This document shows positions 41,249-51,156 of a stretch of DNA of 64,000 bases, piece by piece; position 1 is the stretch's first letter, and each line of letters opens with the position of its first letter. This stretch comes from Pseudomonadota bacterium (GTDB lineage Bacteria; Campylobacterota; Campylobacteria; Campylobacterales; Sulfurimonadaceae): assembly GCA_043797085.1 (NCBI GenBank), contig JAZDQA010000009.1, forward strand, positions 55,608 through 119,607, read 5' to 3'. Below the pieces are notes generated by a model, which saw only the letters and a list, made by a program, of their open reading frames with translations, was not told the origin of the DNA and did no database searches. The translations under genes and the position numbers were made by a program.

Positions 41249-44148
41249 TGTCTAATCATCCCGATACTGTTCGCACTGAGAATAAAGAAGTGTCTAAAAT
41301 ACCAAAAAAACCCTACCTGAAACAGCTTTTAAGAGCTCTAAAGCACCTTTTTGTCGCCCTTCATGCCCTCACCGTCATGGCGATATTGATCGCATCCGCC
41401 CTCTTTTACATCGCTTTTCGTCCCGATGGGCTTGAACTGCTAAATAAAACAATCTTGACTCCCATGGGCATCGGATACACCTCCGCTGAGGGTTCACTCT
41501 CGCAAGGGATCACCCTGCACAATCTCCATTCCCAAAGCATTGATGCCAAAACCCTTACGCTGGATTACAATCTCACCGCTATTTTGAACGGAAAGCATGT
41601 AATTGATTCGATCAACATTGACGGATTGCAAATTCACTTGGAGGATTTCATCAGCGACGATGATACTCCCTCTCTTCCACTTCCGATATTTGCCCTCAAA
41701 GAAGTGACATTAACCAATCTTCAACTTATCAGCACCTACCCCATCGAACTTGATATTCACGGCAAAGATGGCTCATTTAACGGTAAAAATCTCAACTTTA
41801 AAACCATCACAGCATCGGTAAGAACCCAATACGCAAGCGGAGTATTACGTGGAACACTCAAAAATAATGCCATTACAGGCAAGGGAATCGTCTATCCAAA
41901 TGCCACAGAACTTGATCCCTATGTCAAAGATTTTGTAACGCTTCCAACCACACAATCCATCGACATTCTGGAACTTTCGGATTCCAAAGCACAACTCACC
42001 GCCAATTTCAATACCCTTACCGCCAATTTTGACCCCAAAATGTCACTCAATACCGTAAAAGTAGCGATGGATTATCACTATAAAAACAACTACATAGATT
42101 TCACCGCACTCTACATGCTTCTTCGAGATACCAATCAACTGAGAACTTCCCAAAAACTTCGCTACAACTTTGATGGCGTGACCGCTACGACGTTTGAGGG
42201 GACAGTAGTCGCCTCTGAGGTTCCTCTCCCTTCTAATACCATCACCGGAAGTTTTCGTGATGATTCTGAAGGAGTTGCCGGCAAACTTTCCATGGCACAA
42301 ACGTCTCTCCTGCTTCAAAGCGGTGATTATGAAGATTTCAAATGGCATTTGACGACTCTGAATGATACCCTTGATTTTTTACCGATGCTTCCCGATGCAC
42401 TGCGTCATTCTCCTCTGAACGGATCGGCGCAAGGCAATTATCATCTCAGTACCGCCACTCTAAGCGGAGCTTTTAGCGCTCAACACAATCACGCTGACAT
42501 CAATGGAACGATTCTTTTTCGCGATGACAAACTTAAACTAAACGGAAAAATATTCCTTTCTGAAAATGCCTCGACATGGAAAGAATGGAGCATAAAACCA
42601 CCCTCACAGCTGGACTTTTCCCTAACTCATGAAGCCGAGAAAGCCTATCTCTCCCTTAGCGGCAAGGACTTTGCTCTCTCGCTGCAACACCGTAATGAGT
42701 TGATTGAAGGTTCCGGAAACTATATGGCAAGTTTTTTTGATATTAGCGGTACCCTAAGTGATGCATCTACTACTATGATCATCACCACTCTCACTCCCTC
42801 ACTCAATAAAACACTCTCTCTAAGTTCCGCCATAACCCTTCCTGAAACGGGTTATTACGATGCCGAAATACGGACTTCCACCCACATTACTTACGATACT
42901 TCACTTCATATCTATACCGATATAGAGATACCATGGTACGCGGCTGTTGTTGATTCCAAACATCAATACGGAGGAACCGGCAATACCCTCTCTCTGAGCT
43001 ATGAAGCATCTAAGATACTCATCGACAAATACCATTTCGACATTGCCGATCATCCTATCACGTCAAACCGTAAGTCTCATTTGCACATTGATCCCTCCGG
43101 AAATCTCATTATCGATGAAATTTGGATATTCGATGCGCTGCATCTGGATGGCATGGTCAATACCAATACGTTGGATACGGTACTCAACCTAAAATCGGAT
43201 AAATTCACTTACAGCGGTCCGGAAGGGGAAGCCCATATTGCGCTTGATCTCCACTACGAACGGGATACAAATGCGTCTCAAAAACTCACAGGCAACGTCA
43301 CATTCCTCGATGGAAAAATCACCTATCTGCCTCTTCAACAGTTCAAGGTCATGGACGACGATGTTATTATCATCCAAGACGTAAGCGCCCCCAGCAAATC
43401 ATCTTTAGCCGTCGAAGTAAAAATAAATTCACTTTCGCCGCTGCACTATCGTACCAAAGAGCTCGACATTGATTTCATACCCGACCTCACCCTCTGGAAA
43501 GATCCGCAAAACAGCCTGCAAATCCTCGGAATGGTCACTTTGCCAAAAGGTATCGTTACCACCAACGCTAAAATCTTTACCCTTCATCCAAGCTACCTTT
43601 ATTTCGGCGGCGAAATCCCCAATAACCCCTATCTCGACATCACCGTAGACCATGAAGTTGATTACAAAAAGATTCAAATTTATGTCACACACCGACTCGA
43701 TTCTCCTATCTTTTTATTCAGTTCAGATCCCGTCATGAGTCAAAATGACATCATGAGCTACATCCTCTTTGGGGCATCATCCGATGCTGCATTTGGCTCA
43801 ACCAGCGGAAGCAATATCAGTATGCGAGCCGATGCCACCAACTTTATGCTTGGTGCCGGACTTAAAGGACTCATCGGCGGAGCTACCAAACTTCAAATCG
43901 ACACCATGAATATCCTCACCACAAAAGAAGGTGGAATGGGATTTGAAGTGGGAGCACGCCTCAACAAAGATTTCCGTGTTGTTTATAAAAATGATGCCAT
44001 TTCGAGCGTTTTGATCCAATATACAGTCAATCGATGGCTGCGTCTCGATGCGGATATTCACGAACTGGGACAGGGGATTAATGCCATTTATATCAAAGAT
44101 TTCGCTGATTTTCTCCCCCACAACAGTGTCAAAAAAGAAAAACCTTGA
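41248..44148 (+). CDS. Translocation/assembly module TamB-domain protein
   Basis: N-terminal TM, beta-rich body, C-terminal NPYLDI...SSDP.MSQ.DI.SYILFG (DUF490-like); coupled to the TamA-like gene. Confidence 0.85.
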   Translation: MSNHPDTVRTENKEVSKIPKKPYLKQLLRALKHLFVALHALTVMAILIASALFYIAFRPDGLELLNKTILTPMGIGYTSAEGSLSQGITLHNLHSQSIDAKTLTLDYNLTAILNGKHVIDSINIDGLQIHLEDFISDDDTPSLPLPIFALKEVTLTNLQLISTYPIELDIHGKDGSFNGKNLNFKTITASVRTQYASGVLRGTLKNNAITGKGIVYPNATELDPYVKDFVTLPTTQSIDILELSDSKAQLTANFNTLTANFDPKMSLNTVKVAMDYHYKNNYIDFTALYMLLRDTNQLRTSQKLRYNFDGVTATTFEGTVVASEVPLPSNTITGSFRDDSEGVAGKLSMAQTSLLLQSGDYEDFKWHLTTLNDTLDFLPMLPDALRHSPLNGSAQGNYHLSTATLSGAFSAQHNHADINGTILFRDDKLKLNGKIFLSENASTWKEWSIKPPSQLDFSLTHEAEKAYLSLSGKDFALSLQHRNELIEGSGNYMASFFDISGTLSDASTTMIITTLTPSLNKTLSLSSAITLPETGYYDAEIRTSTHITYDTSLHIYTDIEIPWYAAVVDSKHQYGGTGNTLSLSYEASKILIDKYHFDIADHPITSNRKSHLHIDPSGNLIIDEIWIFDALHLDGMVNTNTLDTVLNLKSDKFTYSGPEGEAHIALDLHYERDTNASQKLTGNVTFLDGKITYLPLQQFKVMDDDVIIIQDVSAPSKSSLAVEVKINSLSPLHYRTKELDIDFIPDLTLWKDPQNSLQILGMVTLPKGIVTTNAKIFTLHPSYLYFGGEIPNNPYLDITVDHEVDYKKIQIYVTHRLDSPIFLFSSDPVMSQNDIMSYILFGASSDAAFGSTSGSNISMRADATNFMLGAGLKGLIGGATKLQIDTMNILTTKEGGMGFEVGARLNKDFRVVYKNDAISSVLIQYTVNRWLRLDADIHELGQGINAIYIKDFADFLPHNSVKKEKP

Positions 44149-44186
44149 TATCCGTCAATGTTTTGCATTACTTCAAGCGGTATACT
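44145..44186 (+). promoter_or_regulatory. Crp/Fnr-family box plus -10 (class II geometry) for the hemerythrin operon
   Basis: TTGAT-ATCC-GTCAA (44145-44158) and TATACT (44181-44186); box centre about 41.5 nt upstream of the expected start site. Confidence 0.6.
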
Positions 44187-44208
44187 TTGAAAAAAGCGGA
44201 GAACCCCA

Positions 44209-44643
44209 ATGATTTTAGAATTTATGCGAGACGATCACCGAGCCTGCGACCATCTCTACACCGAAGCTGAAAATGCCCTTGCGGATAAAAAAATAGACGA
44301 AGCTAAAACTCTTTTCGATGCGTTTTACCGTGCCACCAATCACCATTTTGACATGGAAGAGCGCCAACTTTTTATCACGTTTGAAAAGCGAACAGGAATG
44401 ATGGGCGGACCGACACAAATGATGCGTTATGAACATCAGCAGTTACGCTCTCAAATGGAATCCATGCTAAATGCACTAACCGAAGGGAGGCATGATGACT
44501 TTTTCGGTATCGGAGAATCGTTTATGATCATGCTCCAACAACACAACATGAAAGAAGAGCAGATGCTCTACCCCATGATCGACCGCGCACTAGAGGGTGA
44601 TGCCCAGATTATGATCCAAACACTAAAAGAGATGCCGCAATGA
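44209..44643 (+). CDS. Hemerythrin/HHE domain protein
   Basis: DH, HF.MEE..LF, GPTQMMRYEH, HNMKEEQMLYPM motifs. Confidence 0.9.
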   Translation: MILEFMRDDHRACDHLYTEAENALADKKIDEAKTLFDAFYRATNHHFDMEERQLFITFEKRTGMMGGPTQMMRYEHQQLRSQMESMLNALTEGRHDDFFGIGESFMIMLQQHNMKEEQMLYPMIDRALEGDAQIMIQTLKEMPQ

Positions 44644-44882
44644 TTCTCATCGATGCGCGAGAACTGGAACACCCTGTTCCCTTGGAAATGACAGTTGAAG
44701 CATTTAAAAATCTTATCGGGTCAGAAGTGATCCATTTCATCAACCGACGCGAACCCCTGCCTCTGTTTGAGATACTCACTAAAAACGGCGGGTTTTATCT
44801 CTCTCGTCAAAACAGTGAGGGAGTATGGCATATCCACATTACCCGTGACCCGAATCTAAACTTGGAAGCCATCCATGTTTGA
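44640..44882 (+). CDS. DUF2249 / TusA-like small protein
   Basis: IDARELEHP.PL, REP.PLF..L, W.I.I pattern. Confidence 0.75.
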   Translation: MILIDARELEHPVPLEMTVEAFKNLIGSEVIHFINRREPLPLFEILTKNGGFYLSRQNSEGVWHIHITRDPNLNLEAIHV

Positions 44883-46143
44883 GGGACTGTCTCTCGATCA
44901 AGCCCCTCCACTTTCGGTTGTGATGCGCTTTTTTCTCACGCTTCCCGTGTTTGGATTACTCTTAAGCCTCCTTATTATTTTTGCCCCTAATGACGTTCTC
45001 ACCCTCAGCCATCCGCTCTCACTGGCAAGTATCCATTTACTCTTTTTAGGGGTCATATCTATGGGGATGATAGGGGCACTGTTTCAGATGCAAAGCGTCT
45101 TAGGCGGTAAACCCATCCCAAACCCGTATGGGAACTCCCTGATCATACACATCTTATTTACACTTGGAACCCTCTCGCTAGTATGCGCCTTTGCTCTTGG
45201 AATCAGTGAATTGTTTATCGTTGCAGGGGTGTTTTTAGGAAGTGCCGTCGTCTATTTTGCCCAAATCCTCCTACCACTATTGTTTGGAACCATCACCCAT
45301 AATACGCTCAAAGGGATGCGCTTGGCGGTCATAGCATTTTTGCTAACCGCCACGTTAGGCATCATTATGGCAACCTCGTATGCCCAAGGTACATTTGGCG
45401 AATACCACTCTCTCATTCGTACCGCACACTACTCGCTGGGGCTTATCGGCTGGGTTGCGATACTGATTGTTCACGTAGCATTTCAAGTAATTGAGATGTT
45501 CTATGTCACCACCCCTTATAGCGATTGGTGCAAACATAATGTCGGACGGATACTCATTGGAGCGCTTGCTCTGAAAGTTTTTTGGCTCTTTTTAAATCTC
45601 CCTTTCCCCTGGCTAACCGATATGATTGCCGTCTCCCTGCTATTTGGATTTGTTGTCACAACAATGAAACGGCTCCAAATGCGCAAACGACGTGTTAGTG
45701 ATGTTAGTATCTGGTTTTGGAGGGGAGGAGTCGCTTTGCTTGGACTCACGCTTATGTCTTATAGTGGTTATCTTCTCAGCGATTATCCACCGCTTGAAAC
45801 GGTAAGCCTTATCGCCTTTGCCTTATTTGCATTGTCCATTATTTTGGGGATGATGGGGAAAATCGTCCCTTTTTTGGTATGGTTTCATCTCAGTTCATCG
45901 GGCTTTATGGATACTCCGATCATGTCCAATATCATTCCGCAAAAAAGACTGAAAATCACCTTTTGGCTTTTTTTCGCCACAGCGACATCAGCCCTGCTCG
46001 CCCCTTTTTATGCAAATATTCTAATCCTCTGCGGTCTTACAAGCACTGCTATGTTTGCTCTGTTGCTTTTTAATCTCACCACCGCCAAACGACTCTATCA
46101 CCATACCCTCCAGCACGGGACAAAATTCACCTTTCAGAGTTAG
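44875..46143 (+). CDS. Polytopic membrane protein with conserved His residues (heme-copper oxidase subunit-I-like fold, function unknown)
   Basis: About 12 TMs; PPL...RFF, HL..LG.....M.GAL.Q, H....GW, KIVPFL.W.H motifs. Confidence 0.7.
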   Translation: MFEGLSLDQAPPLSVVMRFFLTLPVFGLLLSLLIIFAPNDVLTLSHPLSLASIHLLFLGVISMGMIGALFQMQSVLGGKPIPNPYGNSLIIHILFTLGTLSLVCAFALGISELFIVAGVFLGSAVVYFAQILLPLLFGTITHNTLKGMRLAVIAFLLTATLGIIMATSYAQGTFGEYHSLIRTAHYSLGLIGWVAILIVHVAFQVIEMFYVTTPYSDWCKHNVGRILIGALALKVFWLFLNLPFPWLTDMIAVSLLFGFVVTTMKRLQMRKRRVSDVSIWFWRGGVALLGLTLMSYSGYLLSDYPPLETVSLIAFALFALSIILGMMGKIVPFLVWFHLSSSGFMDTPIMSNIIPQKRLKITFWLFFATATSALLAPFYANILILCGLTSTAMFALLLFNLTTAKRLYHHTLQHGTKFTFQS

Positions 46144-46472
46144 TCTCGACTCATTATCTTTTGTTTTTCGGCTTCAAACTCGGCTTCGTTAATGGCTCCA
46201 TTATCGTAAAGCTGTTTGATCCGCTCTAACGCATCATATTTTTGATTGGAGCTGGTCGTATCCTGAGGGACTTTTGTCGATTTCCCCAAGATAACATACA
46301 AAACAAACCCAAGAAACGGGATACAAAACACCAGTAAAAACCATACGATTTTAATCGCAATATCCGTAAATGTAGAGCGAATAATATCTACCAATGCCCA
46401 TATCCACAATGCAAAAACAGCAACCCCTATCAGCAATCCCACAACCCCAAACATCATTATCGAATCTTCCAT
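46140..46472 (-). CDS. PLDc N-terminal-like membrane protein with C-terminal SHOCT domain
   Basis: W...V..IPFLG..LY...GK, then L..IK.LYD.GAI.E.EF..EK.KI. Confidence 0.82.
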   Translation of the reverse strand: MEDSIMMFGVVGLLIGVAVFALWIWALVDIIRSTFTDIAIKIVWFLLVFCIPFLGFVLYVILGKSTKVPQDTTSSNQKYDALERIKQLYDNGAINEAEFEAEKQKIMSRD

Positions 46473-46591
46473 CTTTTACCTCTTTTATTTATCCAAATAG
46501 CAGTTATTGTAGCACAGATTTAAAAACACCTCGAACTAAGATTAAGTGAGAATTTCAGATGAAAACGGTATAGTTTCATCCTTCCAACAAT

Positions 46592-46679
46592 GGACAGCTG
46601 GCCGAGTGGTCGAAGGCGCACGCCTGGAACGCGTGTAAAGGGCAACCTTTCTAGGGTTCGAATCCCTAGCTGTCCGCCA
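46592..46679 (+). tRNA. tRNA-Ser(GGA)
   Basis: GGACAGC/GCTGTCC acceptor stem, CACGC-CTGGAAC-GCGTG anticodon arm, long variable arm, GCCA end. Confidence 0.96.
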
Positions 46680-46729
46680 CATTCTCCTAAAAATTCTCAT
46701 GTTAAATCCAAAAAAAGTCTTCAAATACC

Positions 46730-47041
46730 ATGAAACATAAAATCAAATCCAGAGCTCAACAGCTCGCCAAAAATCCTATTGCTAAAAAAGCACTTCTTTC
46801 TATGAAGCCGGACAAATCACTCTGGGGATTCTTGGGAATTATCTTCTTTTTTATTCTTCCTGAAATCATCGCTTTTATTTGGGGAGCGAATATCACGGAG
46901 TATGCCAAAACTCAGTTGCCCTTAGCTACCTTTTTTGTTGATGAACAGTATTATAAGCTGCTAATAATGCTATTTGAAGAAGGTGGAAGCTGGGTCAATA
47001 TAGGTATAGGGATTGTATTATTGATTTGGCTTTTTTTCTGA
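46730..47041 (+). CDS. Hypothetical membrane protein
   Basis: Two hydrophobic segments and a basic N-terminus. Confidence 0.7.
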   Translation: MKHKIKSRAQQLAKNPIAKKALLSMKPDKSLWGFLGIIFFFILPEIIAFIWGANITEYAKTQLPLATFFVDEQYYKLLIMLFEEGGSWVNIGIGIVLLIWLFF

Positions 47042-47133
47042 CTTTAAAGAGAGCCTATCCGCTCTAATTCGTACATCGTTGGGTAAACCATTAGTTCTAT
47101 TTGGGTATTATGTTTTAAAAAAAAAGGTATGAC

Positions 47134-47538
47134 GTGTTTCTTGAATATTTCCTCTCTTTCGGGCTCTTTTTCCTAACAGCACTTGCCGTATTTGGCATTT
47201 TTCTCTTTCTGTATGCTAAAGTCACTCCGTACGATGATTATAAAATGATCTTTTCTGACAACAACACCGCAGCCTCTCTTGGTTTGGGTGGAGCTGTTTT
47301 AGGATTGTGTATACCTTTGTATAGCGCGTTGGTGCACAGCGTTTCTTATGTTGACTTTGTAATGTGGGCGGGGGTTGCGATCTCTATTCAACTTATCTTT
47401 GCTTTTTTCCTCACACGTCTAAGCGGTAAATATTCTGTTGAAAAACACATCAACAACGGTGATGTTTCTGTCGGTGTACTGATGGCGTTCATGTCTATTT
47501 CTATCGGTTTGATCAATGCCGGATCAATGAGCTACTGA
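47134..47538 (+). CDS. DUF350 (YjfL-like) membrane protein
   Basis: Y..VTPYD...I...NTAA...GG..LG..IPL and I..G.VS.G...A..SISIG.INAG.MSY motifs. Confidence 0.88.
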   Translation: MFLEYFLSFGLFFLTALAVFGIFLFLYAKVTPYDDYKMIFSDNNTAASLGLGGAVLGLCIPLYSALVHSVSYVDFVMWAGVAISIQLIFAFFLTRLSGKYSVEKHINNGDVSVGVLMAFMSISIGLINAGSMSY

Positions 47539-47600
47539 GGGATGGATAGGTTAAATTTCTCTTTTATCCCTAATTTCCTATCGTCAAAAGGGTATTGCCA

Positions 47601-48488
47601 ATGTCAAAAAGTGTAAAAGCTGCGCTTCTGGCGAATGGGGCGATTGCAGTCGCAAAAGGTTTAGCGGCGTTTTTCACAGGTTCCGCTTCCATGATGGCAG
47701 AAGCGATCCACAGTACGGCGGATTGCGGTAATCAAGCATTAGTGATGGTGGGTCAAAAACAAGCCGCCAGAGGAAGGTCAGAGTTTCATGCCTTCGGTCA
47801 GGGAAAAGCGAATTTTTTCTGGTCCTTTGTTGTCGCCGTCGTTCTCTTCTTGTTGGGCGGACTCTTTTCGATTTACGAAGGGATTCACCGAATCAGCGAT
47901 CCTCAGCCGATCGAAAATCCCCTCCTTATTCTCGGTATTATTATTTTTGCGATCATTCTTGAGGGAAGCGCATTGCGAATAGCCCTAAAAGAGAGTGATT
48001 CAAAATTAAAAGATCTTTTTTCGACGATTCGAGAGAGTTCATCTTCTCATATTCTAGTCGTTTTAATCGAAGATTCGGGTGCACTGCTGGGTCTGGTTAT
48101 TCTCTCTTTAGGCTTGGTCTTATCCGAGTTTGTTGATCCGATCTTTGATGGTATTGCCGCTTTAATGATTGGATTTCTTCTGATAGGATTATGCACCGTC
48201 TTATTTATTGAACTCAAAAAATTACTCATCGGTGAAAGTCTTGATCGCGAAACTACCAAGAAAATAAAAAATCTTATCAAAGATGAGTCGAACGTAATGG
48301 TTCATATCAATGCGGTAAGAAGCATGTTTATCGGCTCCAACGAAGTGTTGCTGATCATTTCGATGAACGTGCAAGACGACGCATCCGGTCATGCAATCGA
48401 GCAGGATATTAAGGAACTAAAATACAAACTGCAAAAAATGTTAAAACAGCATAAGATGCAGATCTACATCGACGTGTTTGAATTTTAA
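47601..48488 (+). CDS. Cation diffusion facilitator family transporter
   Basis: TGSASMMAEAIHSTAD..NQ, H.FG.GK..FFW, EDSGA motifs; start ATG 47601. Confidence 0.92.
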   Translation: MSKSVKAALLANGAIAVAKGLAAFFTGSASMMAEAIHSTADCGNQALVMVGQKQAARGRSEFHAFGQGKANFFWSFVVAVVLFLLGGLFSIYEGIHRISDPQPIENPLLILGIIIFAIILEGSALRIALKESDSKLKDLFSTIRESSSSHILVVLIEDSGALLGLVILSLGLVLSEFVDPIFDGIAALMIGFLLIGLCTVLFIELKKLLIGESLDRETTKKIKNLIKDESNVMVHINAVRSMFIGSNEVLLIISMNVQDDASGHAIEQDIKELKYKLQKMLKQHKMQIYIDVFEF

Positions 48489-48501
48489 CGTTTCATGAAA
48501 A

Positions 48502-48999
48502 TTAAATATACGTTAGCAGATCTTCATTAGGCTGGATAGCTAAACATTTTTCGAGCGTATCCAATTGAAATAAAAGTTCATGGATGATTTTGGTAAATTG
48601 TTTATAGTGAAGTTGGCTTTCTTTGCGGGTTTTTACAGGCAGAGGAAGCGACGAGAGGTGTAAAATACTGCGAATCCATGTTTGTTTTCTTTCAGTTGAG
48701 TAGATGTCATATATGGCGCTATAGTGAGACTGAAGCTCTGAATACAAGGCTTGTAACTTGTCCGTATATACTTTGAGTACTGAAAACTTTTTTAGTTGTA
48801 TTAATCGTGAAAAAAACCACTCAGAAAATTCAGCATGATTTATATCTTGAGGAAGTGTTTGAATATTCACGGGAAAATTGCTCGTTAAATGTTCTATAGA
48901 GCGCTCTAAACGGCGCAAACTTTTTGATGTCACGTGAATTTCATTTAAAAGCTCCTGCTTAACCATTAGTCCATACTTCAGAAAATAGGGCTTAGACAT
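48502..48999 (-). CDS. Hypothetical protein, possible degenerate CZB-fold
   Basis: AAGGAG SD before ATG 48999; LP.D..xxEFSEWFF and Y..IY..Y spacing resemble stand-alone CZB proteins, but the zinc ligands are missing. Confidence 0.6.
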   Translation of the reverse strand: MSKPYFLKYGLMVKQELLNEIHVTSKSLRRLERSIEHLTSNFPVNIQTLPQDINHAEFSEWFFSRLIQLKKFSVLKVYTDKLQALYSELQSHYSAIYDIYSTERKQTWIRSILHLSSLPLPVKTRKESQLHYKQFTKIIHELLFQLDTLEKCLAIQPNEDLLTYI

Positions 49000-49216
49000 T
49001 TGCACTCCTTTTGAATAACAATATTCAAAAGTATAGAGAATCATTGTGTGTAAATTATGAGAAAATTGCAGATTATGCAAATGCTCATTCATTTTTTGTA
49101 TATTAACGCCTAAAATAATAATTTTAGAAACTAATGTAACATTTGATTTTGGAAGAATTGTCTAAAGAGCTTTTTATGAGTATATTTTAAAAAAAGTGAA
49201 GTTGATTTGCGTAGTT

Positions 49217-49230
49217 TGGTGGACCCTAGC
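49217..49230 (-). other. Attachment-site candidate: 3'-terminal 14 nt of a tRNA-Ala-like RNA
   Basis: Reverse complement GCTAGGGTCCACCA = T-stem end, acceptor 3' strand with U70-C71-C72, A73 and CCA; sits at the core/accessory boundary. Confidence 0.6.
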
Positions 49231-49283
49231 TCTACCAACGAATCCATATTTTGCGATATTTATAGCTATTTTATAAAAATAAC

Positions 49284-49303
49284 CTACATTAAAAACTACA
49301 TTA
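49284..49303. repeat. Tandem CTACATTA repeats (candidate integrase arm sites)
   Basis: CTACATTA at 49284 and 49296, about 55 bp inside the att-like site. Confidence 0.45.
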
Positions 49304-49394
49304 CGATAAATGTTGCTCTAAAAAACACATCGGTTGACCTAGTTCACCAAAGTATACCGTATTTGACGCTTAACCACTTATTTTTGTAATAAAA

Positions 49395-49480
49395 TCAACT
49401 ACTCATCAACTAAGAAATTCCCTATTTATCAATGTTTGATAGGAGTAAAGTGTCAATCTGTCAACTACCCATCAACTAAG
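49395..49480. repeat. 20-bp direct repeat pair with internal TCAACTA tandem
   Basis: TCAACTACTCATCAACTAAG (49395) and TCAACTACCCATCAACTAAG (49461). Confidence 0.7.
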
Positions 49481-49587
49481 CCCTGATTGATACTTTGAAT
49501 AGGATTGAGAAGACATGAAGCCTTCAGAGCTTTTTTCAGCCTCACTCGTGTACAATAAGAACCATATAATTTAACGAAAGATAAGCA

Positions 49588-51156
49588 ATGGCTAACGAAC
49601 CGATCGATTTTAAAAAAACTCTATGGGAAGCGGCGTGTAAGCTCCTTCCTGAACTCGATGCAGCAGTATATAAGCACGTTGCATTAGGGCTTATTTTCCT
49701 TAAATATATCGCTGATTCGTTCGATGAACGTCGTGAAGAGCTCAAGGGATGGATGAGCGACCCTGAAAACGATTATTTTGTCGAAAACGAATCGGCGCGT
49801 GAAGAAGAACTCGAAGATCGTGATTACTACATCGCGGCGAATGTCTTTTGGGTTCCCTCAGAATCTCGCTGGAGTTATATTCAAGACAATGCCAAAAAGC
49901 CCGGTATCGGTAAGCTCATCGATGATGCGATGGCAGCGATAGAACGAGAAAACCCACGTCTCAAAGGGATTTTGAACAAAGACTATGCGAGGCTCCAAAT
50001 CAGTGAGCGTAAACTCGGCGAACTCGTCGATCTTACTGGTACAATTGGATTTATGGAAAAAGGGCACCGAGCCAAAGATATTTTGGGTCAGGTTTACGAG
50101 TATTTCCTCGGACAGTTTGCCTCAGCAGAGGGGAAAAAAGGTGGGCAGTTCTATACTCCCGCCTCGATCGTTAAAGTCCTCGTCGAAGTGATGAGTCCAC
50201 ATAAAGGGAAAATCTACGATCCGGCGTGTGGTAGCGGCGGGATGTTTGTGCAGTCAGAGAAGTTCATCGAAGCGCACGGCGGGACATTGGGCGATATCTC
50301 GATCTACGGTCAGGAATCCAACCCGACTACATGGCGACTGGCGGCGATGAATCTCGCGATTCGCGGTATTGATTTTAACCTCGGACCGCATCATGCGGAT
50401 ACGTTCTATCAAGACCTGCACCCTGATCTCAAAGCCGATTTTATCATGGCAAATCCACCATTCAACATGAAAGAATGGGGCGGAGACAAGCTCTCCGGCG
50501 ATGTACGGTGGCGTTACGGTATCCCTGCGAGTAATGCAAACTTCGCATGGATGCAACACATGATCCACCACCTCTCACCATCAGGGATGGCGGGGATCGT
50601 CCTCGCAAATGGTTCTATGAGCTCAAACAGCGGAGGAGAGGGAGACATCCGACGAGGAATGGTGCAGGATGATCTCGTGGAGTGTATGGTTGCTCTGCCA
50701 TCACAGCTTTTTTCTAACACTCAAATCCCTGCGTGCCTTTGGTTCCTCTCTCGTGACAAAAGCAAAAACGGTCGTAATCGCAAAGGGGAAGTGCTCTTTA
50801 TCGATGCAAGAAAACTTGGATTTATGGTTGATCGTGCACAGCGGGCGTTTACGGATGCAGACATTACACGTATCGCTGAAACATTCCATGCGTGGAGAGG
50901 AAGCGGTGAGACGGATAAAACTTATGAAGATGTAAAAGGGTTTTGTTCTTCTGTGAAACTGGGTGAGATAGAGAAACATGATTTTGTTCTCACTCCGGGG
51001 CGATATGTCGGAGCTGAAGATATCGAAGATGACGGTGAACCATTTGATGAAAAGATGGGGCGGTTGAGCGCGACGCTTACGGAACAGTTTGCAGAGAGTG
51101 CACGGCTCGAAGAACTGATTCGTACTAATCTAAAAGGGCTCGGGTATGGTATTTGA
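49588..51156 (+). CDS. hsdM: Type I restriction-modification methyltransferase subunit
   Basis: [15 protein letters not shown] (motif I), NPPF (motif IV, N6-adenine), LTPGRYVG. Confidence 0.96.
   Translation: MANEPIDFKKTLWEAACKLLPELDAAVYKHVALGLIFLKYIADSFDERREELKGWMSDPENDYFVENESAREEELEDRDYYIAANVFWVPSESRWSYIQDNAKKPGIGKLIDDAMAAIERENPRLKGILNKDYARLQISERKLGELVDLTGTIGFMEKGHRAKDILGQVYEYFLGQFASAEGKKGGQFYTPASIVKVLVEVMSPHKGKIYDPACGSGGMFVQSEKFIEAHGGTLGDISIYGQESNPTTWRLAAMNLAIRGIDFNLGPHHADTFYQDLHPDLKADFIMANPPFNMKEWGGDKLSGDVRWRYGIPASNANFAWMQHMIHHLSPSGMAGIVLANGSMSSNSGGEGDIRRGMVQDDLVECMVALPSQLFSNTQIPACLWFLSRDKSKNGRNRKGEVLFIDARKLGFMVDRAQRAFTDADITRIAETFHAWRGSGETDKTYEDVKGFCSSVKLGEIEKHDFVLTPGRYVGAEDIEDDGEPFDEKMGRLSATLTEQFAESARLEELIRTNLKGLGYGI

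Noticed and set aside
46680..49216. Island integrated at tRNA-Ser
   Set aside because: No repeat of the tRNA-Ser 3' end was found; the att-like fragment at 49217 does not match it.
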